From Candidatus Heimdallarchaeota archaeon (GTDB lineage: Archaea > Asgardarchaeota > Heimdallarchaeia > JABLTI01), in the NCBI GenBank assembly GCA_019058165.1, contig JAHLVZ010000037.1, positions 1 to 23,455 on the forward strand: a DNA stretch of 23,455 nt. The letters run 5' to 3'. Both the position numbers and the translations under genes were made by a program. The notes below the pieces were generated by a model. It had not been told where the DNA came from. It saw only the letters and a program-made list of their open reading frames with translations, and made no database searches. Position 1 is the first letter of the stretch. Each line of letters starts with the position of its first letter. Positions 1-10,222 of this stretch are shown piece by piece.

Positions 1-906
1 CTTATAATAAATGGCCATAACTTTCTGTAGTATAGTTGGGGAACAAAGGTCAAGATAACCCTTACTCTTAAGGACTTCATTCTTCAATCTTTCCGGCAAA
101 ACTGAATAACCCATACGTAATACAGCTGCTTCTTTAGAAGTAGTTCGCAAATAAGCAACTCGGGAATTATCACGATCTAAAGATTTGATTGGTTTGATCA
201 GTTCTCCCTGGAATTGAATCTCTTTATAGGCTTGATCTTCAATAATCAGTATATCATGTTCTTCTCCAATATCGAAAAGTGCTTGTCTTCGTTTCCAAGG
301 CAAAGTAGTCCCCTTAGGGTTATCAGAATCTGGAACAACATAGAGAATATTTGGTTTTTTACCAAATTTCTTTTCACACAATGGAATGGCTTTTTCAACA
401 TACTCAGGGATCATACCATCAAGGTCTGTTGGTATAGTTACTATTTCTGCACCGAGTTTATAAGCGGGTGCAAGAAAGCCAAGATAGGCTGGACTTGGGG
501 TTAAGATAACATCACCTGGATCAATCATTGTATCAAGAATAGCATATATTGCTTGTTGTGAGCCGGCAGTTAATATAATATCTTTCCAACCTGTTTCTTC
601 ATCAAGATTAATGTCATCAATACGTCTAAGTCGTTCAGCAAGAACACTTAAACAAAACTCTTGACCACCTGTTGGTCCATAGTTCCATAATGAAATGGCT
701 TTACCCTTCTTCCCTGTTGCATAATCTTCTTTGTTTTCATTGCCAATTTCTATTAAAATGTCTGACAATGTTTCTATTGGTAAAGCACCTGGAAGGCCTC
801 CGCCGAAATTGTATTTTACTTTATACTCGAGTAATGCACGAATTTCAGATGGAGGTAGTAATTTCGTCCATGCAGCAAAATCGAAACTTTCATTATTTTT
901 GGTCAT
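1..906 (-). CDS. PLP-dependent aminotransferase, class I/II (AspAT/Aro8-like); C-terminus lies beyond window start
   Basis: I translated the minus strand from the ATG (complement of 904-906) and it stays open to position 1. Translation: MTKNNESFDFAAWTKLLPPSEIRALLEYKVKYNFGGGLP...YVVPDSDNPKGTTL...RTTSKEAAVLRMGY. The NPxG motif and the SK...R..GY Lys/Arg motif are typical of fold-type I aminotransferases. It was absent from the ORF track because it runs off the window edge. Confidence 0.8.
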   Translation of the reverse strand, partial: MTKNNESFDFAAWTKLLPPSEIRALLEYKVKYNFGGGLPGALPIETLSDILIEIGNENKEDYATGKKGKAISLWNYGPTGGQEFCLSVLAERLRRIDDINLDEETGWKDIILTAGSQQAIYAILDTMIDPGDVILTPSPAYLGFLAPAYKLGAEIVTIPTDLDGMIPEYVEKAIPLCEKKFGKKPNILYVVPDSDNPKGTTLPWKRRQALFDIGEEHDILIIEDQAYKEIQFQGELIKPIKSLDRDNSRVAYLRTTSKEAAVLRMGYSVLPERLKNEVLKSKGYLDLCSPTILQKVMAIYYK

Positions 907-1111
907 GATTTTTCAACCCACTAAGGTTGTGTGATCTTTTTTTTTAGTAACGAAACCACGATTACAATTTTTCGTCTCTTCCTAAAGAATCGGATTTCAA
1001 GTGATTATAAGAATTCGTATTAAAAAAACTGTTGGTCAAATAATTTAATCAATAATGATTAGAGAATAACGACCTTGTAAAGCAATTTTGAGAATATTTA
1101 AAGCTAAAGTT

Positions 1112-1165
1112 AAAGAAAGAAAAGAAAAAATGTTTGGGAGACGGCATTATTGCCGCCGTACATTA
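1112..1165 (-). terminator. Possible terminator downstream of atpK: short GC hairpin followed on the minus strand by a T-rich run
   Basis: ACGGC-N9-GCCGT inverted repeat at ~1142-1160. Read on the minus strand it is followed by cTTTTTTcTTTTcTTTcTTT (complement of 1110-1130). Archaeal terminators are oligo-T tracts. Confidence 0.3.
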
Positions 1166-1204
1166 CTGTCTTGTACCCTACCGAAATTCCCTTTTTTGGA
1201 TATT

Positions 1205-1588
<384 letters not shown>

Positions 1589-1637
1589 TTAACGTTTGTT
1601 TATTTTTTCTAATGGTTTTTAATCTTTACTAAGATTC

Positions 1638-2711
1638 TTAAACTAAGACAATTTTGTCTAGGATATCATTTATAGACCTTTTATGAATTTTTCCTAGGAT
1701 AATTGTACGAAGGTTACGTATCTCCAATTCCTTTAGATAAAAGAATGCTGGAAAAATACCGATATTGAAACTCGCACCTCGGAAGAGAGAGTTAGCTTTA
1801 TGGGCTAAGTGTTGGTCTGCAAATCTATCGAAATCCTCAAGAGGAGCACGTTCTGCTTCAAGATTCTCAAGCAAGCGATTTGCTAAATCACTGAAAGGTG
1901 TTTCATCTCTTATTAAGAGGAATGCTTCCTCTAAATCTTGTTTTGCAATTATTCTATCTCGAAATTCAGTTCGTAAAGGACAGAATTTAGTTTCCATAAT
2001 CCAATTCTTTACAATAGTGGGGGAAATATCGAAAGTTTTTGAGCGAAGTATTATTTCTAAGTTTTGAATGCCTATTTTTGCAGAAAAGAATCCTTTTGTG
2101 CTGGCTTTATCTGCTCCTTTTAAATTAGACATTTCTTTACAGAGAGAGCTAAAGTAGTATTGGTCGACAGCAATAATCAAAGGATATACAAGATCCAGGA
2201 ATTTATATTCACCAATCACAACATCTAAAGCATTTCGAAGTTTTTCATTTTCAAGTTTTAAGATTAGATCTTCGGCATTAATTGATTTGTAAAGTTCTTC
2301 GCTTTGTCTGTTCTCTTCCTCGGAAAGGTTAAGTAACATCCCCCGAGCGTCTTCGTAACGATTGGCTCCATGAAGAGCTGAAAAAATTACTTTAATGTTG
2401 TTTAGAAAATATGAATTACTAAAAGCATCAATAAATCCTTTAGCTCGTTTTGGAATGAATTTACGATAAGTGTTGTATTGATCTACGAAATTTTGAGTGA
2501 GACGACGATCAATTTCAATCAAATTAGGATATTCCTTGACCATTTCTGCTCCAATGATATCATCATATCGTGTTTGTGCTAACATTTGACGCAAATTGGC
2601 AAAATCAGTTGCACTAGCTAGGAGATTATAATTTCCTGCTGTGAACAATTCTGTTCGTTGAGCTCGCATATGTACATTTAACGAGCCGTAATCTTGAGCA
2701 TCTCGTAACAT
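1638..2711 (-). CDS. atpC: A/V-type ATP synthase subunit C (AC39/d family)
   Basis: 357 aa. The N-terminal Y..LNVHMRAQRTELFTAGNYNLL pattern matches the AC39 family signature (Y..ARIRA.E..LL), and the size matches archaeal subunit C. Confidence 0.75.
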   Translation of the reverse strand: MLRDAQDYGSLNVHMRAQRTELFTAGNYNLLASATDFANLRQMLAQTRYDDIIGAEMVKEYPNLIEIDRRLTQNFVDQYNTYRKFIPKRAKGFIDAFSNSYFLNNIKVIFSALHGANRYEDARGMLLNLSEEENRQSEELYKSINAEDLILKLENEKLRNALDVVIGEYKFLDLVYPLIIAVDQYYFSSLCKEMSNLKGADKASTKGFFSAKIGIQNLEIILRSKTFDISPTIVKNWIMETKFCPLRTEFRDRIIAKQDLEEAFLLIRDETPFSDLANRLLENLEAERAPLEDFDRFADQHLAHKANSLFRGASFNIGIFPAFFYLKELEIRNLRTIILGKIHKRSINDILDKIVLV

Positions 2712-2850
2712 CGTCTTAAACTCACAAACGATTTATCTAATTATGAAAGATAAAACTTTTTCGGAAAGTTTCATCTTCTTAAGTTGATTCTCTGAAATCT
2801 TATCAGATTTATAATTGTTTTTTCGTATCTTTTAACTAAAAAAAAAGGAA

Positions 2851-4317
2851 CTAAAGAAGAGCAACTTGTTTATTAAACTCAACAATTAACTCATCTAGTT
2901 TCGGTGCTATGCTGTAAATAGCGTTCCAATAACTCTCTTCGTCATACCATTGTTGATTCAATTCTTCAACACTTTTACCCTGTTTTTCCACCCATGTAAA
3001 ATACTTCAAGTGATGAATCCGTTGTTTCTCAGTGTATCGTAGTTCAATCATACTATCTGTTTTGATCCCTTGAAGGGAGCGATGGTAATCAATTGCAGCA
3101 TCGATTTCTTTGTATTTTCCAAATTTCTCTTCATATTCTTTCAATCTTGATTGATACATTGCTATAGAATCAGTAAAGACTGTCATAATTGTGTCCTTTC
3201 TTGTCAACTCATAATACTTGGCAAATTTGATTGCCATTAAAAGATTTGCAAGACTAGATATTCCCAGAAGAGGTAGATTCGAAATGACTTTATTCGATAC
3301 CCCCATTTTCTCTAGATACTTTTGACCGGCTTCTTCATTGAACAATCTCATGAGGTTAATACAGTCTTTGTCATCAATTGCTATAACTAGATCTGTTTGT
3401 TTAACATTGTGAATCCAAGGTATGTGTTTATCACCAATTCCTTCTATTCGATGATATCCATACCCATTTAGGAGCATTGTGGGACATTGTAACGATTCAC
3501 CAGCTACTGTTTTAGCAGATGGATAAAATTTCTTTAGATAATCAGCAGAACCAAGCGTTCCAGCTGATCCTGAAGTTAAACAAGTTCCACGAAACTTTGA
3601 ATTACCAAGCTCTTTATCTAAGACTTCTTTCATTGCAGGGCCTGTTACCTCATAATGCCAAAGATGATTGCCAAATTCATCAAACTGATTGAAAATTGCA
3701 ATCTCATCGCCCCTTTCTTGTTTAAGTTCCAAGCACTTATCGAAAATTTCCTTTACATTACTTTCTCCACCGGGGGTTGTAATAATCTCTCCTGCAACTG
3801 TTTTTAACCAATCAAATCTTTCTTGGGACATTTCTTCTGGTAAAATTGCTAAAGAATTACAAGCTAAAAGAGTTGCATTATATGCTCCACCGCGACAATA
3901 ATTGCCAGTAGATGGCCAAACGGCAATTTGCCTTGAAGGATTAAATTGACCTGTAACAAGTTTTGGAACTAAACATCCAAATGTTGCACCAACTTTATGA
4001 GAACCAGTAGGCATCCATTTGCCCACAAGTGCGAAAATTCTTGCTTCAACACCAGTTAGTTCAGGAGGTAACTCAATATAATTTGGAGATTCAACAAATC
4101 CACCACCCTTTTCAACTGGTTCGTTTTTCCAAGTTATACGAAAGAGATTTCTCGGATGAATTTCCCACAAACTTAAGAGATTTAGTTCTTTCATAATTTT
4201 CATTGGGATCTCATTTGGATTCCTTTGTTGAGTAAAAGTCGGTATAATGATATTCTGTTTTCTTGCTCGCTTAACAACTTGTTTTAGTACTTCTTCATTT
4301 ATAGTTAAATCAATCAA
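2851..4317 (-). CDS. PLP-dependent fold-type II enzyme (TrpB-like / cysteine-synthase-like) with N- and C-terminal extensions
   Basis: Putative PLP-lysine motif WMPTGSHKVGATF (TGSHK as in TrpB/TrpB2). Gly-rich PLP phosphate loop LTSGSAGTLGS and a downstream GYGYHRIEGIGDKHIP segment resembling the cysteine synthase/TrpB C-domain. 488 aa. Confidence 0.55.
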   Translation of the reverse strand: MIDLTINEEVLKQVVKRARKQNIIIPTFTQQRNPNEIPMKIMKELNLLSLWEIHPRNLFRITWKNEPVEKGGGFVESPNYIELPPELTGVEARIFALVGKWMPTGSHKVGATFGCLVPKLVTGQFNPSRQIAVWPSTGNYCRGGAYNATLLACNSLAILPEEMSQERFDWLKTVAGEIITTPGGESNVKEIFDKCLELKQERGDEIAIFNQFDEFGNHLWHYEVTGPAMKEVLDKELGNSKFRGTCLTSGSAGTLGSADYLKKFYPSAKTVAGESLQCPTMLLNGYGYHRIEGIGDKHIPWIHNVKQTDLVIAIDDKDCINLMRLFNEEAGQKYLEKMGVSNKVISNLPLLGISSLANLLMAIKFAKYYELTRKDTIMTVFTDSIAMYQSRLKEYEEKFGKYKEIDAAIDYHRSLQGIKTDSMIELRYTEKQRIHHLKYFTWVEKQGKSVEELNQQWYDEESYWNAIYSIAPKLDELIVEFNKQVALL

Positions 4318-4448
4318 AATTATACCTCAGAGAATCTCAGTCTTGATAAATTCACTCAATCATCACTAATATTTTTATTGTGAAATAGCTTTACTAGTTA
4401 GATAGTAATTTCTCTAAGTTTTGTTACGAAAATTAAAGAGGTCATTAA

Positions 4449-5171
4449 TTGCAGGTTAGCAATCAAATCAATGAAGAAGATGCCCAAATCTTCACAAATA
4501 ATCTCAAAAAATTTATTCTTGAGAATGGAGCATCAATAGTTGGTATTGCTGATCTTACTATTTTGATTGATTACAAACATGAACCAGTGGTTCCAAGAGG
4601 ATTTTCAAGAGCTATTTCTATAGGTATCGGATTATCAGATGAGATAATTAATAAGATAAAAAAAGGTCCAACGAACGTCTATGCAGAACATTATCGAAAA
4701 ACAAATGAAAGTTTAGATGAAATAACAAAACTAATAGTTAGCGAATTAGAGGATAAGGGTTTTAAAACGTTAAGAATTCCAGCATCACAAAGGATCAATT
4801 GGCAAAAATTATATGGAGAATTCCCTCATAAGACTGCAGCAATTTTATCTGGTCTTGGATGGATTGGGAAGAGTGCCATGCTAATAACTTTTGAGCATGG
4901 ACCAAGAGTCCGTTTAGCAACAGTCCTCACAAATGCTCCTCTAAGTGTAGATGAAGCACAAGAAACAAGTAATTGCGGATCATGTAAAATCTGTGTTGAT
5001 ACTTGCCCTCCAAAAGCAATAACAGGGGAATTGTGGTTTTTTGGTGACCCTAGACATAAAATGTATGATGCTCATGCATGTAACAAGCATTTGAAAATTC
5101 AAGAACAAAGAGTTGGGGAAACAATCTGTGGAATTTGTATAGCAGTTTGTCCTTTTGGAAAAAAGGAATAA
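4449..5171 (+). CDS. 4Fe-4S ferredoxin-domain protein, epoxyqueuosine reductase (QueG)-like
   Basis: C-terminal CGSCKICVDTCPPKAI and CGICIAVCPFG cluster motifs. N-terminal GASIVGIADL segment resembles the QueG/DUF1730 N-domain. TTG start at 4449 preceded by AAAGAGG (4435-4441). Confidence 0.45.
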   Translation: MQVSNQINEEDAQIFTNNLKKFILENGASIVGIADLTILIDYKHEPVVPRGFSRAISIGIGLSDEIINKIKKGPTNVYAEHYRKTNESLDEITKLIVSELEDKGFKTLRIPASQRINWQKLYGEFPHKTAAILSGLGWIGKSAMLITFEHGPRVRLATVLTNAPLSVDEAQETSNCGSCKICVDTCPPKAITGELWFFGDPRHKMYDAHACNKHLKIQEQRVGETICGICIAVCPFGKKE

Positions 5172-5241
5172 CAGTAATTTATCGATATTCATTTGATTTG
5201 CTTCAATCTTTTTTCACATTGAATTATTAGAAACTAGCATT

Positions 5242-6732
5242 ATGATTTTTATAATAGGAAATTCAATGAATAACTGGTTCATTACTATGAAAGACGGTAA
5301 AGATATCGCTGATTTTGCTGTAGAATACGGAACCAAGAAGGGAGCAAATTACATAGAAGCAAGATTTGTAGACTCGAGAGAAGAAGGTTATACTTCTCGG
5401 AATGGAGCTATCATTAGTGGAGGAATTGTTAACACTAAAGGGATAGGCATTCGAGTTCTAGCAGATGGAGGAATAGGCTTCTGTTCTACTGCGAAATTAG
5501 AGAAAGATAATGTGAAGAGTGCTATTGAATTAGCAATAAAAATGGCAAAAGCTAGCAAGAGAAAGGAACCAATCATTTTTTCTGAAGAAGAAATTGTGAA
5601 AACCAAATGGTCAACTCCTGTGAAACAGAGCTTAGAAGATATCTCAGATGAAGAAAAGATCAAATTCGTAACTGATCTTGATAAAACACTTGTTAGTCAA
5701 GATTACGGTGAAAGTTTAGTTACAAGAACACTTATGTTAAACTTGAACAATCACAAGAAATACATCCACAACAGCGAAGGATCTATAATCGAATCTGATA
5801 AATCGCTAATCTTCTTTTACACTTTTAACACAGCAAAAGGAGTGTTAGGAACTGAACAAAGATTTCATGGTCATGCGGGTTCGATGGGTTGGGAGTGGTT
5901 TGAAAAAGAAAACATCGTGGAAAAAGTAATTCTTGATAACCAGGCTTTAGTTAAAACAGCCATTAATGCAAAAGAGATGAAACTTGGAGAAATTGATGTT
6001 ATCGTTAGCGGTGAAGTAGCTGGTATAATCGCACATGAAAATACAGGACATCCTTCGGAAGGCGATAGAATTCTTGGTCGTGAAGGAGCACAAGCTGGCG
6101 AATCATTTTACATAGATCTTCTAAAGGATCAAAAACTAGGAGAAATAAAGATCGGAAATGAATGTGTGAATCTTATAGATGATCCAACTCTTCCTGGTAG
6201 TGCTGGATTCTATTTGTACGATGACGAATGTGTGAAAGCTCGTCCAAGGTATTTGATTAAGAATGGTGTAATAAACGAAGTCCTCCTCAACAGAGAATTC
6301 GCTTACAAATTTGAAACCAAATCAAATGCATCTTCAAGGTCCATGGGATATGATAGGGAACCATTAATTCGTATGGCGAACACCTATTTTGCCCCAGGAG
6401 AATATGAAATCGAAGAACTATTTGAGGACGTCAAGAAAGGCATTTACATGAAAAGCTTCACAGAATGGAATATAGATGATCGACGATTCCAAAGCAAATA
6501 CGTTGGTTTAGAAGCGTATCTTATTGAAGATGGTCTATTAACAGATAAAATGGTCAGAAGACCGGTTCTGGAATTGACAACTTTTGGTCTGTATGGAAGT
6601 GTGGATGCAGTGACAAAAGATACCGAATTCCCATTCGGACATTGCGGAAAGTCGGATCCAGGTCAAGGAGCACCTTGTTGGATGGGTGGAGGACAAGTAA
6701 GAATGAGAAATATACGTCTTGGAGGAGAATAA
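5242..6732 (+). CDS. tldD: TldD-family zinc metalloprotease
   Basis: HENTGHPSEGD (HExxxH zinc site) and C-terminal GHCGKSDPGQG...GGGQ motif, both typical of TldD. The true start may be the ATG at 5266 (AGGAA 6 nt upstream) or 5287. Confidence 0.85.
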   Translation: MIFIIGNSMNNWFITMKDGKDIADFAVEYGTKKGANYIEARFVDSREEGYTSRNGAIISGGIVNTKGIGIRVLADGGIGFCSTAKLEKDNVKSAIELAIKMAKASKRKEPIIFSEEEIVKTKWSTPVKQSLEDISDEEKIKFVTDLDKTLVSQDYGESLVTRTLMLNLNNHKKYIHNSEGSIIESDKSLIFFYTFNTAKGVLGTEQRFHGHAGSMGWEWFEKENIVEKVILDNQALVKTAINAKEMKLGEIDVIVSGEVAGIIAHENTGHPSEGDRILGREGAQAGESFYIDLLKDQKLGEIKIGNECVNLIDDPTLPGSAGFYLYDDECVKARPRYLIKNGVINEVLLNREFAYKFETKSNASSRSMGYDREPLIRMANTYFAPGEYEIEELFEDVKKGIYMKSFTEWNIDDRRFQSKYVGLEAYLIEDGLLTDKMVRRPVLELTTFGLYGSVDAVTKDTEFPFGHCGKSDPGQGAPCWMGGGQVRMRNIRLGGE

Positions 6733-6733
6733 G

Positions 6734-8104
6734 ATGAGCAACAATTTTACTGAAAAAGCACTAGAAGTAGCACAAAAAGAAGGAGCAACAGAGGTTATTG
6801 CTCGATTAGTCGAAGGACCAAATTATCAAATTAGATTCTCTAACTCCAACATTGATATCTCGAAACAATGGGATCAGAGTATGCTGGAAGTTTTTCTAGC
6901 AATTGGAAAGAAAGTTACTCAAGTAGACATTCAAGATCCAACCATTCCAAAAATAGAGCAAGTTGTGTCTCAAGCTACGAAATTTGCTAAAAGAATGCCT
7001 GATAGCGATATGTATGCAACAATGGAATCCAAGAAGCATTCATACAAAGCAATTAATGGTTTGTATGATAAAACTATTGAGAGTTTTCCAGAAAAAGCCC
7101 CAGAGATGGTTAATGTTGCAATACAGAAAGCATTAGAAGTTGGTGCTGAAAGGGTTGCAGGTGTGCTTTATTTTGGAAAAACAAAATCGGATTTACTAAC
7201 AAGCTATGGTAATAACGGTTCTTACGATTCGTCATTTTATAGAATGACTATTCGTTCTTTTGTTGATTTTGAGAGTAGTGGACAAGACATTGTTGTCGGA
7301 AGAAACATGGCTAATATCGAAAAGCAACTTTCACAAGCTGGTGAAAATGCAGGAAATCTTGCGAAAATGGCTGTCGGTGGAAAACAAGGCAAAGCTGGAA
7401 CATACGATATAATTCTTAGTCCAACTGTTGGTGGAAATCTATTCGGACAAATAACTGATGGTGCAAATCCTCTCATGTTATTATTAAATATGAGTCCATT
7501 AGGTGACCACTTTGGAGAACAAATAACTCCTGAGAATTTCCATGTAGTAGATGACCCTCATATAAGTGAAGGTTTAGGAAGTAAACCATTTGATGTGGAA
7601 GGAACACCGACAAGTAAAACACCTATTATTCAAAATGGTGTTTTAGTAGGATTAATCCACAATACAACTAGTGGAATAATGATGCAAGCAGAGAGCACTG
7701 GAAATTCTAATCTCACAAGCTTTTTCGGCTCTGGCTCTAAGTTTCTCGCACCTGAACCAACAAACATGGTTTATGGCATTGGAGATTACTCCCTTGAAGA
7801 AATTATTGCAGAATCTAAGAAACCAACAATCTACATCACTAGCAACTGGTATACTCGCTATACAAATATGATTGAAGGAGAATTCTCAACTATACCTCGA
7901 GATGGAATGTTTCTCATAGAAAATGGAGAAATCAAGAAGCCTGTAAGAAAGCTTCGAATCTCGGAGAACCTTCTAAAAATGAGCAAAAGAGTGTCAGCTG
8001 TTGGTAAAGACCGAAAACAAATTTATTGGTGGGAAGTCTATACTCCGACATTCATTCCTACAATAAAAATCGCTGACTGCAATATTTCTGCAGCTACACA
8101 GTGA
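6734..8104 (+). CDS. pmbA: TldE/PmbA-family protein (TldD partner)
   Basis: Lies immediately downstream of tldD; the ATG at 6734 is preceded by GGAGGAG. 457 aa without HExxH, which is the usual TldD/TldE pairing. The ORF track's TTG at 6719 overlaps the tldD stop. Confidence 0.75.
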   Translation: MSNNFTEKALEVAQKEGATEVIARLVEGPNYQIRFSNSNIDISKQWDQSMLEVFLAIGKKVTQVDIQDPTIPKIEQVVSQATKFAKRMPDSDMYATMESKKHSYKAINGLYDKTIESFPEKAPEMVNVAIQKALEVGAERVAGVLYFGKTKSDLLTSYGNNGSYDSSFYRMTIRSFVDFESSGQDIVVGRNMANIEKQLSQAGENAGNLAKMAVGGKQGKAGTYDIILSPTVGGNLFGQITDGANPLMLLLNMSPLGDHFGEQITPENFHVVDDPHISEGLGSKPFDVEGTPTSKTPIIQNGVLVGLIHNTTSGIMMQAESTGNSNLTSFFGSGSKFLAPEPTNMVYGIGDYSLEEIIAESKKPTIYITSNWYTRYTNMIEGEFSTIPRDGMFLIENGEIKKPVRKLRISENLLKMSKRVSAVGKDRKQIYWWEVYTPTFIPTIKIADCNISAATQ

Positions 8105-8114
8105 GTACTAATTA

Positions 8115-8160
8115 TCTCTTGAACTCATAGAGTTTGAGAGAAAATCCCTTTTTTCTTTTT
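8115..8160 (+). terminator. Hairpin plus T-tract terminator after tldE
   Basis: TCTCTTGAACTC-ATA-GAGTTTGAGAGA at 8115-8141 forms a 12-bp stem with two G.U pairs. It is followed by AAATCCCTTTTTTCTTTTT. Confidence 0.5.
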
Positions 8161-8254
8161 AATTTCAGCTCTTCATTTAAATAAATGGTCTACATAAAGT
8201 TCATATAGATGAAAGAATTGTTATGATTTTTTATGACGAAAAGAAGATGAGTAT

Positions 8255-9895
8255 ATGGCGAAAAAAACCAAATTTGTGTTTATCGTTGGTGGAGTCATGT
8301 CCGGAATTGGAAAGGGGATTGTGACATCCAGTATAGGGAAAAATATTCAGATTCGTAAAGGTTCGATTGATCTTATTAAGATTGATCCCTACTTAAACAT
8401 CGATGCAGGTACAATGAATCCAATTCAACATGGTGAAGTATTTGTAACAGATGATGGGGGAGAAATAGATGTTGATTTTGGTCATTACGCTAGAATTCTT
8501 GGACTAAATATGAAGAAAAGTCAGAATATTACCACTGGTAAAGTTTATCGAGAGGTTATTAGAAAAGAACGTGCAGGTGATTACCTCGGGCAAACTGTAC
8601 AAGTTATTCCGCATATTACAAATGAAATTAAGAAAAGGATTCGAGAGGTTGTGGGTTTAAGAAATCCTGATGTTTTATTAATTGAAGTTGGTGGAACAGT
8701 TGGGGACATGGAGTCTCAGCCTTTTCTAGAAGCTATTCGACAAATGATTATGGAGGAGAACAAAGAAGATACTTTATTAGTTCACACAACATTTGTGCCA
8801 GTTCCTGCACATCTTGGTGAACCAAAAACAAAACCAACTCAACATTCTGTAAAAGAGCTTAGAAGCATAGGTTTGAATCCAACAATAATAGTTTGTAGAA
8901 GTCACGATGTTCTAGATGAACAAACACAAGAAAAAGTAGCTTTATTCTGTAATGTGTCAAAAGAAGCTGTTTTTACTTTGCCAGATTTAGATACTGTATA
9001 TTCAGCTCCATATCTGCTTGATCAACAAGGATTTGGTGAACTAGTAATAAACGAACTTGACCTAAAGGCAGAAAAAGTCGATTGGAAAGAATGGAATGAG
9101 TTAACAGATCGTTATGAAAATCCAGAAGATTGTGTAAAAATTGCCATGGGTGGGAAATATACAACTATAGTTGATTCATATATTTCTGTTAACGAGGCTT
9201 TGAAGCATGCAGCTGCCTTTTTCAAATATGGAGTTAAAATTGATTGGATTGATACTGAAGAAATAGAGCAAGATAAAAACAAAGTTAAAGTCATGGATGA
9301 ATATGATGGTTTATTAGTTCCTGGTGGGTTCGGTTACAGAGGTACCGAAGGAAAAATCACTATGATCTGTCATGCTCGTGAGAACAATATTCCTTTCTTA
9401 GGGTTGTGTTTTGGATTTCAATTAGCTACTGTAGAATTTTCAAGAAATGTAGTTGGTGTTAAAGATGCATCTAGTTTTGAATTCACAATGAATGGTGAAG
9501 TAAAATCCAAGAATTTAGTTATTGATCTTTTACCAGAACAAAAAGGTGTTACAGATTTAGGGGGAACTATGAGATTAGGTGGTTTAAAAGTACTAATTAA
9601 AAAGGGGACAAACACCCACAGACTCTACAAAAAGGATCTAATTGTAGAAAGGCATAGACATAGATTCGAAGTGAATCCAGATTTCATAGAGCGAATTGAG
9701 AAAAAAGGTCTTGTTTTTGCGGGGACATCTGAAGATGGTCGGAGAATGGAGATTTTTGAATTACCAGGACATAGATTCTTCCAAGCATCACAATTTCATC
9801 CTGAATTTACCTCACTCCCTTGGAACCCAAATCCATTGTTCAGAGGTTTCATTGAGGCAGCAATCGAAAGGAAGAAGGAAAGACCCAAAACCTAG
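8255..9895 (+). CDS. pyrG: CTP synthase
   Basis: N-terminal KFVFIVGGVMSGIGKG P-loop of the synthetase domain. C-terminal glutamine amidotransferase domain with GLCFGFQ (catalytic Cys). 546 aa. Confidence 0.95.
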   Translation: MAKKTKFVFIVGGVMSGIGKGIVTSSIGKNIQIRKGSIDLIKIDPYLNIDAGTMNPIQHGEVFVTDDGGEIDVDFGHYARILGLNMKKSQNITTGKVYREVIRKERAGDYLGQTVQVIPHITNEIKKRIREVVGLRNPDVLLIEVGGTVGDMESQPFLEAIRQMIMEENKEDTLLVHTTFVPVPAHLGEPKTKPTQHSVKELRSIGLNPTIIVCRSHDVLDEQTQEKVALFCNVSKEAVFTLPDLDTVYSAPYLLDQQGFGELVINELDLKAEKVDWKEWNELTDRYENPEDCVKIAMGGKYTTIVDSYISVNEALKHAAAFFKYGVKIDWIDTEEIEQDKNKVKVMDEYDGLLVPGGFGYRGTEGKITMICHARENNIPFLGLCFGFQLATVEFSRNVVGVKDASSFEFTMNGEVKSKNLVIDLLPEQKGVTDLGGTMRLGGLKVLIKKGTNTHRLYKKDLIVERHRHRFEVNPDFIERIEKKGLVFAGTSEDGRRMEIFELPGHRFFQASQFHPEFTSLPWNPNPLFRGFIEAAIERKKERPKT

Positions 9896-9943
9896 TACCA
9901 TTTGAAAAACAGAAAAGAAAATTACAAAAAGAAATTGGGTAAA

Positions 9944-10222
9944 TTATAACTTGAAAATTATTGTACCAACTTTTGTACTACAAATCTTTCGAACACCATG
10001 CATTCCAGGTTCATAACGGGATACCAAAAGTTTTGCATTTTCAAGAATTTTAATTTGAGCACTAACATTTGCTTCTGTTTGATTTAATAAACCCGCAATA
10101 CGGCTTACGTCAATGTCTTTTTCAGAGGTCAGCCTAAGAATTCGCACACGTGTTTTGGATGAAAGCGCTTTTGCGACTAGGTTGATATCGTCACTATCTA
10201 CATCTAAAGTTTCTTTTGACAT
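9944..10222 (-). CDS. ArsR/SmtB-family winged-helix transcriptional regulator
   Basis: 92 aa. wHTH pattern: LVAKALSSKTRVRILRL...DVSRIAGLLNQTEANVSAQIKILENAKLL. Confidence 0.7.
   Translation of the reverse strand: MSKETLDVDSDDINLVAKALSSKTRVRILRLTSEKDIDVSRIAGLLNQTEANVSAQIKILENAKLLVSRYEPGMHGVRKICSTKVGTIIFKL

Noticed and set aside
214-934. Plus-strand ORFs 214-504, 672-908 and 731-934 from the six-frame track
   Set aside because: They lie entirely inside the minus-strand aminotransferase gene, which translates cleanly with NPKG and SK..R motifs. The plus-strand translations are low-complexity (F/I/N-rich) with no recognisable domain.
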